Assembly: GCF_000008665.1 (NCBI RefSeq)
Contig: NC_000917.1
Location: 450,001 to 482,000 of the forward strand
From: Archaeoglobus fulgidus DSM 4304
GTDB taxonomy: Archaea; Halobacteriota; Archaeoglobi; Archaeoglobales; Archaeoglobaceae
Reading direction: 5' to 3'
DNA length: 32,000 bases
Position numbers and translations under genes: made by a program. Positions 1 to 8,459 of this stretch are shown here, in pieces (the first letter of the stretch is position 1; each line of letters opens with the position of its first letter). The notes below the pieces were generated by a model. It made no database searches. It saw nothing but the letters and a program-made list of their open reading frames with translations, and was not told where the DNA came from.

Positions 1-200
1 TAAAGCTGCTGAAGAGCGAGCTCGACGTTCAGATCGTCGTTGGGCAGAACGGTCTGATATGGGTGAACGGAGACCGCAGAAAAGTTTCCATCGCCGAGGA
101 GGCAATCTACCTTATCGAGCAGGAGGCTCATACGGAAGGTTTAACAGATAGGGTTGCAGAATTTATAAAGAGGAGGAAGGCAGATGTCGGAATTCAATGA
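1..200 (+). CDS. rrp4: Exosome RNA-binding subunit Rrp4, 3' end only (gene continues upstream of window)
   Basis: The frame is open from position 3 to TGA at 198-200. It reads [65 protein letters not shown], a KH-domain-like C-terminus. It overlaps the rrp41 start by 17 nt and fits the conserved archaeal order rrp4-rrp41-rrp42. Confidence 0.75.
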
Positions 201-960
201 AAAACCAGAAAAGTTAATTGTAGATGGTTTAAGGCTCGATGGAAGGAAATTCGACGAGCTCAGACCAATTAAAATTGAGGCAAGCGTTTTAAAAAGGGCT
301 GACGGGTCTTGCTACCTTGAAATGGGGAAGAACAAGGTAATTGCAGCGGTTTTCGGGCCGAGAGAAGTGCATCCAAGACACCTTCAGGATCCGAGCAAGG
401 CCATCATAAGATACAGATACAACATGGCTCCTTTCAGCGTTGAAGAGCGAAAGAGGCCGGGGCCTGACAGAAGGAGCATTGAAATCTCCAAGGTCAGCAA
501 GGAGGCCTTTGAGGCGGTGATTATGAAAGAACTCTTTCCTAGAAGTGCGATTGACATTTTTGTCGAGGTTTTGCAGGCTGATGCGGGAAGCAGGACAGCC
601 TGCCTGAATGCTGCAAGCGTTGCGCTCGTCGATGCCGGAGTGCCTATGAAGGGAATGATCACGTCCGTTGCGGTGGGGAAGGCTGACGGACAGCTCGTCC
701 TCGACCCAATGAAAGAGGAGGACAATTTTGGTGAGGCCGACATGCCCTTCGCATTCCTCATCAGAAACGGAAAGATTGAGTCCATTGCACTTCTCCAGAT
801 GGACGGCAGAATGACGAGGGATGAGGTAAAGCAGGCGATTGAGCTTGCGAAGAAGGGAGCACTGCAGATTTACGAGATGCAGAGGGAGGCGATACTCAGG
901 AGGTACATAGAGGTAGGAGAGGAGATGGACGAGATAACAGAGGGTGGTGAAGATGCCTGA
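184..960 (+). CDS. rrp41: Exosome complex exonuclease Rrp41 (RNase PH fold, catalytic subunit)
   Basis: 258-aa ORF with an RNase PH-like sequence ([37 protein letters not shown]..., [20 protein letters not shown]). It is translationally coupled to the flanking rrp4 and rrp42. Confidence 0.95.
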
Positions 961-1732
961 AGACATCCTTGTGGACATTAAAAGGGACTACGTTCTGTCG
1001 AAGCTGAGGGACAACGAGAGGATAGACGGCAGAGGTTTCGACGAGTTCAGAAAGGTAGAGATAATACCGAATGTCATAGAGAAGGCTGAAGGTTCGGCGC
1101 TTGTCAAGCTGGGTGACACGCAGGTAGTGGTTGGAGTTAAAATGCAGCCGGGCGAGCCCTATCCGGACACCCCCGACAGGGGGGTTATAATCGTCAACGC
1201 CGAGCTCGTTCCTCTTGCATCGCCAACCTTCGAGCCGGGACCACCCGACGAGAACTCCATCGAACTGGCAAGAGTTGTTGACAGAGGTATCAGGGAGAGC
1301 GAGGCTGTGGACCTCTCAAAGCTCGTGATTGAAGAGGGAGAGAAGGTTTGGATCGTTTTTGTGGACATCCACGCTCTTGACGATGACGGAAACCTCCTGG
1401 ATGCTTCGGCCTTAGCTGCAATCGCCGCTCTGATGAACACCAAGGTTCCGGCAGAGAGGTTCGACCTTGGAGAGGACTACCTGCTGCCCGTCAGAGACCT
1501 TCCGGTGTCTGTGACGTCGCTGATTGTGGGTAACAAGTATCTCGTCGACCCCAGCAGGGAGGAAATGAGCGTTGGAGATACGACTCTTACAATCACAACC
1601 GACAAGGATGATAACGTCGTTGCGATGCAGAAAAGCGGTGGTTACCTGCTAGATGAAAAGCTTTTCGATGAGCTTCTGGATGTGAGCATAAACTGCGCGA
1701 GGAAGCTGAGGGAGAAATTTAAGGAAATTTAA
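953..1732 (+). CDS. rrp42: Exosome complex subunit Rrp42 (RNase PH fold, non-catalytic)
   Basis: The track ORF starts at GTG 944. I prefer ATG 953 ([14 protein letters not shown]..., 259 aa), which has a GGTGGTGA Shine-Dalgarno-like sequence just upstream and overlaps the rrp41 stop. It has an RNase PH-like second domain ([14 protein letters not shown]...). Confidence 0.93.
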   Translation: MPEDILVDIKRDYVLSKLRDNERIDGRGFDEFRKVEIIPNVIEKAEGSALVKLGDTQVVVGVKMQPGEPYPDTPDRGVIIVNAELVPLASPTFEPGPPDENSIELARVVDRGIRESEAVDLSKLVIEEGEKVWIVFVDIHALDDDGNLLDASALAAIAALMNTKVPAERFDLGEDYLLPVRDLPVSVTSLIVGNKYLVDPSREEMSVGDTTLTITTDKDDNVVAMQKSGGYLLDEKLFDELLDVSINCARKLREKFKEI

Positions 1733-1772
1733 TTTTCTTTATTATTTTGTTGTTGTTTATGAAAATTTTTTT
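1733..1772 (+). terminator. Oligo-T tract downstream of rrp42 (candidate archaeal intrinsic terminator)
   Basis: TTTTCTTTATTATTTTGTTGTTGTTT lies directly after the stop, followed by a T7 run at 1766-1772. Archaeal RNA polymerase terminates at oligo-T. Confidence 0.4.
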
Positions 1773-2208
1773 AGTCCAAAATTGTTGTAAAGGAAACGCA
1801 ATTGTATCCATGTATGGATGCAAACACCACGAAGATTACAGAAATACTAAGAACTACGCAGCGTACTTTGCTATTTGCCCCGTTAATCTGCTCCAAACTA
1901 TAATAAGCAGTCCCAGCAAAAAACCATATTTCATGATATAGGTTACCTTCTTGTCAAATTCTTCTTTGCGTTCATGTTTTCCCACGCGTAGAATAATATG
2001 CGTAGACGCTGTTGCATCTCCTACCTGATCAACAGCCGTCCCAACCACGCCAAGCAAATTGTCACTGCAAGCCACTTCATAACCTCTTCATTCCAACCCC
2101 TTACAACCATGACTTGTTTCATCAAACCATTGACACTTAATGTATTTAACCTTTACTCATTAGTAGCAAATAGCAAATATTATAAAATCGATGCCGTCCC
2201 GTGCAAGC

Positions 2209-2334
2209 ATGAAGCTAATAACAAACCCCGACGAATTCTTCCGGTTGATGATCAGCCAAAACACCAACCTTAAAAAACCAGCATTGATCGTTCTCGCAAT
2301 TTCGCTCCTTGCAGCCCTCTACCAGTACAGATGA
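2209..2334 (+). pseudogene. N-terminal 41-codon fragment of a Yip1-like membrane protein, out of frame with 2331-2858
   Basis: ATG 2209 to TGA 2332-2334 encodes MKLITNPDEFFRLMISQNTNLKKPALIVLAISLLAALYQYR. This looks like a cytoplasmic N-terminus plus a first TM helix. It is below the track's length cut-off and overlaps the next ORF in ATGA. Confidence 0.5.
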
Positions 2335-2858
2335 CACTGAAGCTCTCCCAAGCCCTTCCGGAAAGCCTTAAATCCTTCTTCATAGCGGGAGCGTACATAC
2401 AGCTTGTTTCAACCTTTCTCGGTTTCTTTGCTACCTGGCTGATAATCGCTGCAGTCATGCACGGTCTTTCAGCATTTTTTGATGGCAGAGGAGAGTTCAG
2501 AAGAACCTTTGAGTTCGCAGGCTACGGCTTTATGCTCTCTTTGCTTGGCTCTGCTGTAACTATCCCGGTGTCTCTGAAGTATGTTGAGGAAGCAACAATC
2601 CCTACAATTGACCTGCAGGAGCTGTCGGCAAATCCGGAAATTCTTGTCAAATCACTTGTAAGCCACTTCCCCGACAGCTACGTTTATTCTGCCATCTTCC
2701 TGAACCTCGCCGTTACTGCTTGGAGCTTCTTAATCTGGACCTTCGCCCTTAAAAACGCTCGCAATGTTGAATTAAAGCAGGCAGCAGTTTGTGCGGCAAT
2801 TCCAACGGCGATTTTTGGCGTTTATCAGGTTATGGCTCTGGTGAGGCTGCTGCAATAG
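2331..2858 (+). CDS. Yip1-domain-like polytopic membrane protein (main body)
   Basis: 175-aa ORF with several hydrophobic helices and the segment GEFRRTFEFAGYGFMLSLLGSAVTI, which is typical of Yip1-family proteins. It appears to lack its own N-terminal region (see 2209-2334). Confidence 0.65.
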   Translation: MTLKLSQALPESLKSFFIAGAYIQLVSTFLGFFATWLIIAAVMHGLSAFFDGRGEFRRTFEFAGYGFMLSLLGSAVTIPVSLKYVEEATIPTIDLQELSANPEILVKSLVSHFPDSYVYSAIFLNLAVTAWSFLIWTFALKNARNVELKQAAVCAAIPTAIFGVYQVMALVRLLQ

Positions 2859-2960
2859 CGCTGTATTGTTAATTGAGATGGGAGCAGATGAGCGAGAGGG
2901 ACTGCAAGATCACATTATCTTAATTTTAGTTGCGAAGAAGATACAGCCAATCACACCAAA

Positions 2961-2968
2961 CTTTAAAT
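2961..2968 (+). promoter_or_regulatory. TATA-box candidate for polB (leaderless arrangement)
   Basis: CTTTAAAT is centred about 26 nt upstream of ATG 2991, and there is no Shine-Dalgarno sequence. Confidence 0.4.
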
Positions 2969-2990
2969 CCTTTTAAGCATAATTGGTTCA

Positions 2991-5336
2991 ATGGAAAGAG
3001 TTGAGGGCTGGCTCATCGATGCAGATTACGAGACAATCGGTGGTAAGGCCGTAGTAAGGCTGTGGTGCAAGGATGATCAGGGGATTTTCGTCGCATACGA
3101 CTACAACTTCGACCCGTACTTCTACGTTATCGGCGTTGATGAGGATATTCTGAAAAACGCTGCAACTTCTACGAGAAGAGAGGTTATTAAATTAAAGTCC
3201 TTCGAAAAAGCTCAGCTGAAGACTCTAGGAAGGGAAGTTGAGGGATACATCGTTTACGCTCACCACCCTCAGCATGTTCCCAAATTGAGGGACTACCTGT
3301 CTCAATTCGGCGATGTTAGGGAAGCAGATATTCCTTTCGCGTACCGCTACCTAATTGACAAAGACTTGGCTTGCATGGACGGCATAGCGATCGAGGGGGA
3401 AAAGCAGGGAGGGGTTATCAGGAGCTACAAAATTGAGAAAGTGGAGAGAATTCCGAGAATGGAGTTTCCAGAGCTTAAAATGCTCGTTTTCGATTGTGAA
3501 ATGCTATCTTCATTTGGTATGCCCGAGCCGGAGAAGGACCCAATCATAGTCATATCGGTAAAAACCAACGACGATGATGAGATAATCCTCACCGGAGATG
3601 AGAGAAAAATCATCTCGGATTTTGTCAAGCTTATAAAGAGCTACGATCCCGACATAATCGTCGGATACAATCAGGATGCCTTCGACTGGCCCTATTTGAG
3701 GAAGAGGGCGGAGAGATGGAACATCCCGCTTGACGTTGGAAGGGACGGTTCAAACGTCGTTTTCAGGGGGGGAAGGCCAAAGATAACTGGAAGGCTGAAC
3801 GTTGACCTTTACGACATCGCCATGAGAATCTCGGACATCAAAATAAAAAAGCTCGAGAACGTTGCGGAGTTTCTCGGCACGAAAATAGAGATTGCCGACA
3901 TTGAGGCGAAGGACATTTACCGCTACTGGAGCAGAGGGGAAAAGGAGAAGGTGCTCAACTACGCCAGACAGGACGCTATAAACACCTATCTCATCGCCAA
4001 AGAGCTATTACCGATGCACTACGAGCTTTCGAAAATGATACGTCTGCCAGTGGATGACGTAACGAGGATGGGAAGGGGAAAGCAGGTAGACTGGCTGCTG
4101 CTCAGCGAGGCAAAGAAGATTGGGGAAATAGCTCCAAACCCACCTGAACACGCGGAGAGTTATGAGGGTGCTTTCGTCCTTGAGCCCGAGAGGGGGCTTC
4201 ATGAGAACGTCGCCTGCTTAGACTTTGCAAGCATGTATCCTTCCATAATGATAGCCTTCAACATCAGCCCAGACACATACGGCTGCAGAGATGACTGCTA
4301 CGAAGCCCCCGAGGTTGGGCATAAGTTCCGCAAGTCACCTGACGGATTTTTCAAGAGAATTCTTAGAATGCTCATAGAGAAGAGGAGAGAGCTCAAAGTT
4401 GAGCTTAAAAACCTCAGTCCTGAAAGTTCTGAGTACAAACTTCTCGACATAAAGCAACAAACTCTGAAGGTTCTCACCAACTCGTTCTACGGCTACATGG
4501 GCTGGAACCTCGCAAGGTGGTACTGCCATCCCTGCGCTGAGGCAACAACAGCTTGGGGAAGACACTTCATCAGGACCTCGGCAAAAATAGCAGAAAGCAT
4601 GGGATTCAAAGTTCTTTATGGGGATACGGACAGCATTTTCGTCACCAAGGCAGGAATGACCAAAGAGGACGTGGATAGGTTGATAGATAAGCTCCACGAG
4701 GAGCTGCCGATACAGATTGAGGTGGATGAGTATTACTCAGCCATATTCTTCGTTGAAAAGAAGCGCTATGCGGGGCTTACTGAAGATGGAAGGCTGGTGG
4801 TGAAGGGGCTTGAGGTAAGAAGGGGAGACTGGTGCGAGCTGGCCAAGAAGGTGCAGAGGGAAGTTATTGAGGTTATACTCAAAGAAAAGAACCCCGAAAA
4901 GGCTTTGTCTCTGGTTAAAGACGTTATTTTGAGAATCAAAGAGGGAAAAGTGTCTTTAGAAGAGGTGGTGATTTACAAAGGTCTAACGAAGAAGCCGTCA
5001 AAGTACGAGTCCATGCAGGCCCACGTTAAGGCCGCTCTAAAGGCAAGAGAAATGGGAATCATTTATCCTGTCTCGTCAAAGATTGGCTATGTGATAGTCA
5101 AGGGCTCCGGGAACATAGGGGACAGAGCCTACCCCATAGACCTGATTGAGGACTTCGACGGGGAAAATCTGAGGATAAAAACGAAGAGCGGAATAGAGAT
5201 AAAGAAGCTTGACAAGGACTACTACATTGACAACCAGATCATCCCGTCGGTTCTGAGAATACTTGAAAGGTTCGGCTACACCGAAGCCTCCTTGAAGGGT
5301 TCATCGCAGATGAGCCTGGATTCATTCTTCAGCTAA
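2991..5336 (+). CDS. polB: Family B DNA polymerase (PolB)
   Basis: 781-aa ORF carrying exonuclease motif FDCEM, polymerase motifs SMYPSI, KVLTNSFYGY and YGDTDS. There is no intein-sized insertion. Confidence 0.97.
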   Translation: MERVEGWLIDADYETIGGKAVVRLWCKDDQGIFVAYDYNFDPYFYVIGVDEDILKNAATSTRREVIKLKSFEKAQLKTLGREVEGYIVYAHHPQHVPKLRDYLSQFGDVREADIPFAYRYLIDKDLACMDGIAIEGEKQGGVIRSYKIEKVERIPRMEFPELKMLVFDCEMLSSFGMPEPEKDPIIVISVKTNDDDEIILTGDERKIISDFVKLIKSYDPDIIVGYNQDAFDWPYLRKRAERWNIPLDVGRDGSNVVFRGGRPKITGRLNVDLYDIAMRISDIKIKKLENVAEFLGTKIEIADIEAKDIYRYWSRGEKEKVLNYARQDAINTYLIAKELLPMHYELSKMIRLPVDDVTRMGRGKQVDWLLLSEAKKIGEIAPNPPEHAESYEGAFVLEPERGLHENVACLDFASMYPSIMIAFNISPDTYGCRDDCYEAPEVGHKFRKSPDGFFKRILRMLIEKRRELKVELKNLSPESSEYKLLDIKQQTLKVLTNSFYGYMGWNLARWYCHPCAEATTAWGRHFIRTSAKIAESMGFKVLYGDTDSIFVTKAGMTKEDVDRLIDKLHEELPIQIEVDEYYSAIFFVEKKRYAGLTEDGRLVVKGLEVRRGDWCELAKKVQREVIEVILKEKNPEKALSLVKDVILRIKEGKVSLEEVVIYKGLTKKPSKYESMQAHVKAALKAREMGIIYPVSSKIGYVIVKGSGNIGDRAYPIDLIEDFDGENLRIKTKSGIEIKKLDKDYYIDNQIIPSVLRILERFGYTEASLKGSSQMSLDSFFS

Positions 5337-5346
5337 CTCTCACGAA

Positions 5347-5378
5347 CGAATTTTCCAATTCGAATTCTGGAATATTCG
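5347..5378. repeat. 32-nt imperfect palindrome/hairpin just after the polB stop
   Basis: CGAATTTTCCA-ATTCGAATTC-TGGAATATTCG. The 11-nt arms are complementary at 10 of 11 positions, and the centre contains the perfect palindrome AATTCGAATT (5357-5366). Confidence 0.5.
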
Positions 5379-5504
5379 CATAACTTTGAACTTCCATCAA
5401 CTTGCAATTTCATTCTCCAACATTGCCACTGCAGTAGAACTATGTGGCTATATCTGATTCTTAAAATTTTAAAGATAAAATTTGTTTTGACAACATTAAG
5501 TAAA

Positions 5505-5513
5505 GGTTATATA
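5505..5513 (+). promoter_or_regulatory. TATA-box candidate for the acyl-CoA dehydrogenase gene
   Basis: GGTTATATA is centred about 24 nt upstream of ATG 5534. Confidence 0.4.
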
Positions 5514-5533
5514 CCAAATCTAGAACCTGTGCT

Positions 5534-7264
5534 ATGGACTTGCTGAACCCGAAGAAGTATAACGGAGACCATCTGGATGAGAAGAGCAGAGAAATAATGC
5601 TGAAAACCATCGAGTTTTTCGAGAACATGGGAAAGGCCAAGCTGAAGGAGAAGGCGAGCAAGAGGGAGTGGTATGCTGACTTTCTGGAGTTCATAAAGGA
5701 GAACAAAATCTTCTACACCCTCATGACCCCGCCGGAATACGCAGACGGCGACCCCAACGTGAGGTGGGACACATGGAGAATCTGCGACTTCAGCGAGCTC
5801 CTGGCCTTCTACAGCCTCGACTACTGGTACACGTGGCAGGTTACGGTTCTCGGCCTCGGGCCAATCTGGATGAGCAAGAACGAGAAGATAAAGAAGGAGG
5901 TTGCCGAGCTTCTCAAGAACGGTGCAGTCTTTGCGTTCGGTTTGTCTGAAAGGGAGCACGGGGCTGATATTTATGCTACCGAAACCAAGCTCGTCCCTCA
6001 GCCTGATGGCACCTACAAGGCCTACGGAAGGAAGTACTACATTGGCAACTCCAACGTCGCTGCGATAATCTCAACCTTTGCGAGGATCGCCGACCCAGAC
6101 GGCAGTTTGCCTGACAAGCCCGACAAGAGCAGGTTTGCCTTCTTCGCACTCAGAAGGGATGAGAAATACTACGAGCTTATAAAGAACATCGTGGATGCGC
6201 AGATGTTTGTCGGAGATTTCCTCATTCACGATTATCCCGTAACTGAGGACGACATACTTGAGAAGGGAGAGGAGGCTTGGGACGCTGCTTTGAACACCGT
6301 AAACGTTGGAAAGTTCAACCTCGGCTGGGCCTCAATCGGAATCTGCACCCACGCCTTCTACGAGGCTATAAACCACGCCTCAAAGAGGAGACTCTACGGA
6401 ATGTACGTAACAGACTTCCCGCACATCAAAAGGCTGTTCGTTGACGCCTATGCAAGGCTCATGGCTATGAAGCTCTTTGCAAGAAGAGCCTGCGACTACA
6501 TGAGAGTTGCTTCGAGGGAGGACAGGAGATACCTGCTCTACAGCGCCATGGTGAAGTCGAAGGTGACGAGGGAGGGCGAGGAGGTAATCAACCTGCTCTG
6601 GGACGTTATAGCAGCCAAAGGATTCGAGAAGGACACCTACTTCGAGATGGCGGCAAGGCACATCCGAGCATTGCCCAAGCTTGAGGGGACTGTTCACGTG
6701 AACATGGCTCTGATACTGAAATTCCTTCCGAAGTACCTCTTCGAGCCAGCAGAATTCCCAGAAGTGCCGAAGATGGATGTTCCGAAGCACGATGAGTTTC
6801 TGTTCAACCAGGGCCCCTCTGGAGGGCTGAGTCAGGTTAGATTCCACGACTATCAAAAGGTCTACGACAGCTTCGACTTCCCCAACATCAACGTCTTCAA
6901 AGAGCAGATTGCCACCTTCAAGGAGATGTGCATGGCTGCTCCTCCCTCACCAGAGCAGATGAGGGACTTCGACTTCATGGTAACGTGGGGCGAGATGTTC
7001 GCCCTCCTCGTCTACGGCCACCTGATTCTTGAGGCAGCTAAAATCTACGATGTCGACAAAGATTTGCTGGAAGAGATTTTCGACTTCATGATCAGGGACT
7101 TCTCAAAGTTTGCGGTTGAGCTGATGGCAAAGCCCTCAGCTACGGACAAGCAGATTGAGTACGCAAAGAAGATGATAAAGAGACCTGTTCCAGACAAGGA
7201 GCGCTTCGAGAGGGTTGTGAAGAAAGTTTACTCCTATGCAGATGCCTACGAGATGAACCCTTAA
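5534..7264 (+). CDS. Acyl-CoA dehydrogenase family protein (long form, 576 aa)
   Basis: It has an ACAD-like middle-domain motif (FGLSEREHGADIYATETKL) and an alpha-helical C-terminal domain. The length and layout fit the extended ACAD subfamily. Confidence 0.8.
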   Translation: MDLLNPKKYNGDHLDEKSREIMLKTIEFFENMGKAKLKEKASKREWYADFLEFIKENKIFYTLMTPPEYADGDPNVRWDTWRICDFSELLAFYSLDYWYTWQVTVLGLGPIWMSKNEKIKKEVAELLKNGAVFAFGLSEREHGADIYATETKLVPQPDGTYKAYGRKYYIGNSNVAAIISTFARIADPDGSLPDKPDKSRFAFFALRRDEKYYELIKNIVDAQMFVGDFLIHDYPVTEDDILEKGEEAWDAALNTVNVGKFNLGWASIGICTHAFYEAINHASKRRLYGMYVTDFPHIKRLFVDAYARLMAMKLFARRACDYMRVASREDRRYLLYSAMVKSKVTREGEEVINLLWDVIAAKGFEKDTYFEMAARHIRALPKLEGTVHVNMALILKFLPKYLFEPAEFPEVPKMDVPKHDEFLFNQGPSGGLSQVRFHDYQKVYDSFDFPNINVFKEQIATFKEMCMAAPPSPEQMRDFDFMVTWGEMFALLVYGHLILEAAKIYDVDKDLLEEIFDFMIRDFSKFAVELMAKPSATDKQIEYAKKMIKRPVPDKERFERVVKKVYSYADAYEMNP

Positions 7265-7275
7265 TTTTTTCTTTT
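7265..7275 (+). terminator. Oligo-T terminator candidate after the acyl-CoA dehydrogenase gene
   Basis: TTTTTTCTTTT begins immediately after stop codon 7262-7264. It is followed by the near-palindrome AACCAATTTGGTT (7281-7293). Confidence 0.4.
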
Positions 7276-7577
7276 ATACCAACCAATTTGGTTTAAAAGC
7301 AGGAATACCGAAAAATTAAGTCATCTGAAGCTGGAGTAGCAGCAAAGCTAATGCTCCTACAGAGAGGACAATTAAATCTTTAATCTCAATTACAGGTCTT
7401 ATCTCCATACTCATCACCAGATTATACTTATCCCCCATTATATTTAAAGTTTTCCTCTATACATAAGCCAAAATCTTATAATAACCATTATTATGAGGTC
7501 AAAAATCATCATTTTTCGATATATTTTGGCTCTCCTAAGTCCGCAGACGGCTCAGAATCGAATAAAAAAGCAAAAGG

Positions 7578-7596
7578 TTAATATAAGCTAAATATA
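7578..7596 (+). promoter_or_regulatory. Tandem TATA-box candidates for the hme operon; GGAGG ribosome-binding site at 7638-7642
   Basis: TTAATATAA and TAAATATA lie 55-70 nt upstream of ATG 7650. GGAGG lies 7 nt upstream of the ATG, implying a leadered transcript, unlike most genes in this window. Confidence 0.35.
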
Positions 7597-7649
7597 CAGC
7601 AGACAGAGAATTTGAAGTTTACAGAAAAGCCGTAATCGGAGGAATAAAC

Positions 7650-8459
7650 ATGATGTCGAGAAGAAAATTTCTGTTGCTAACGGGAGCAGCAGCAGCGGGA
7701 GCTATTTTAACTCCGCAAATCTCAGCAAAAACACAGTTCATCGAATCTCCTGAGGAGGTCAGAGAGAAGAGAAGATGGGCCATGGCCGTTGACGTTGAAA
7801 GGTGCACGCAGTGCATGGAGGAGCTTATCGCAAAAACTGGCGACGAGAAGATAAAGCCACCGTGCGTTGTTGCATGCGACAAAGAAAACAACGTTCCAGA
7901 GTTTGAGGAAGAGAGATTTGACCCTCAGTGGATGAGGATAGCGAAACTGAAGCTCGATAAGCCTGAAGTGAATCCTAAAGAGTACTACATCCCTCTGCTC
8001 TGCAACCACTGCGAGCACCCACCATGTGTTCAGGTCTGCCTTACAAAGGCGAGCTTCAAGAGACCCGATGGCATTGTTGAGATAGACATGCACCGTTGCA
8101 TCGGCTGCAGATACTGCATGATTGCCTGTCCCTACGGGGCGAGATGCTTCAACTTCATTGATCCAAGAGAGGGGCTGAAGGAGGTAAATCCGAACGTCCA
8201 GATGAGAACAGAAGGTGTGGTGGAGAAGTGTACTTTCTGCGTCCACAGGATTGATGAGGCTGTGAAGAAGGGTGAGGAGCCGATTCCGGCATGCGTTGAG
8301 GCCTGCCACAAGTACGGGAAAGGAGCGCTGGTGTTTGGAAATATTAAAGATCCAAACAGCGAGATTTCAAAGATTCTCAGGGAAAATATCGTCGTTCAGC
8401 TCAGGGCAAATCTTGGCACAGATCCGCACGTTTTCTACGCCAAGCTGGGGGGTGAGTAA
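7650..8459 (+). CDS. hmeA: Hme complex subunit A (DsrO-type periplasmic/extracytoplasmic 4x[4Fe-4S] ferredoxin-like protein with Tat signal)
   Basis: The N-terminus has a twin-arginine motif (SRRKFLLLTGAAAAGA). There are multiple CxxCxxCxxxCP clusters (CNHCEHPPC, CIGCRYCMIACP, CTFCVHR...). It is the first gene of a DsrOPMKJ-ordered cluster. Confidence 0.9.
   Translation: MMSRRKFLLLTGAAAAGAILTPQISAKTQFIESPEEVREKRRWAMAVDVERCTQCMEELIAKTGDEKIKPPCVVACDKENNVPEFEEERFDPQWMRIAKLKLDKPEVNPKEYYIPLLCNHCEHPPCVQVCLTKASFKRPDGIVEIDMHRCIGCRYCMIACPYGARCFNFIDPREGLKEVNPNVQMRTEGVVEKCTFCVHRIDEAVKKGEEPIPACVEACHKYGKGALVFGNIKDPNSEISKILRENIVVQLRANLGTDPHVFYAKLGGE

Noticed and set aside
289-978. 229-aa minus-strand ORF (and 384-785) antisense to rrp41
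   Set aside because: The plus strand encodes an unmistakable RNase PH-family protein. The antisense translation is low-complexity (Leu/Ser/Arg-rich) with no motifs, which is typical of a shadow ORF.
1747-1941. 64-aa plus-strand ORF in the AT-rich gap after rrp42
   Set aside because: It starts within the oligo-T terminator tract. It has an odd Cys/Lys/Tyr-rich composition and no promoter geometry or motif, so it is not supportable as a gene.
2991-5336. Possible inteins in PolB or MCM
   Set aside because: Both proteins have ordinary lengths (781 aa, and about 698 aa when repaired). Their polymerase and AAA+ motifs are contiguous, and no Cys/Ser...HN intein blocks interrupt them.
5355-5370. 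TTCGAAT string reminiscent of a tRNA T-arm
   Set aside because: There is no surrounding acceptor, D-arm or anticodon structure. The string is part of the palindrome at 5347-5378. No tRNA, rRNA, RNase P or SRP RNA-like GC-rich structured region was seen anywhere in the window.
5507-5959. 150-aa minus-strand ORF, plus 6380-6856 minus, inside the acyl-CoA dehydrogenase gene
   Set aside because: These are shadow ORFs opposite a well-supported 576-aa coding frame, with no recognisable domains.
7722-8309. 195-aa minus-strand ORF opposite hmeA, and 11511-12170 minus opposite hmeD
   Set aside because: They are antisense to genes with clear FeS-cluster motifs. Their translations lack motifs and are His/Val/Leu-biased, as expected from the complement of the real frame.
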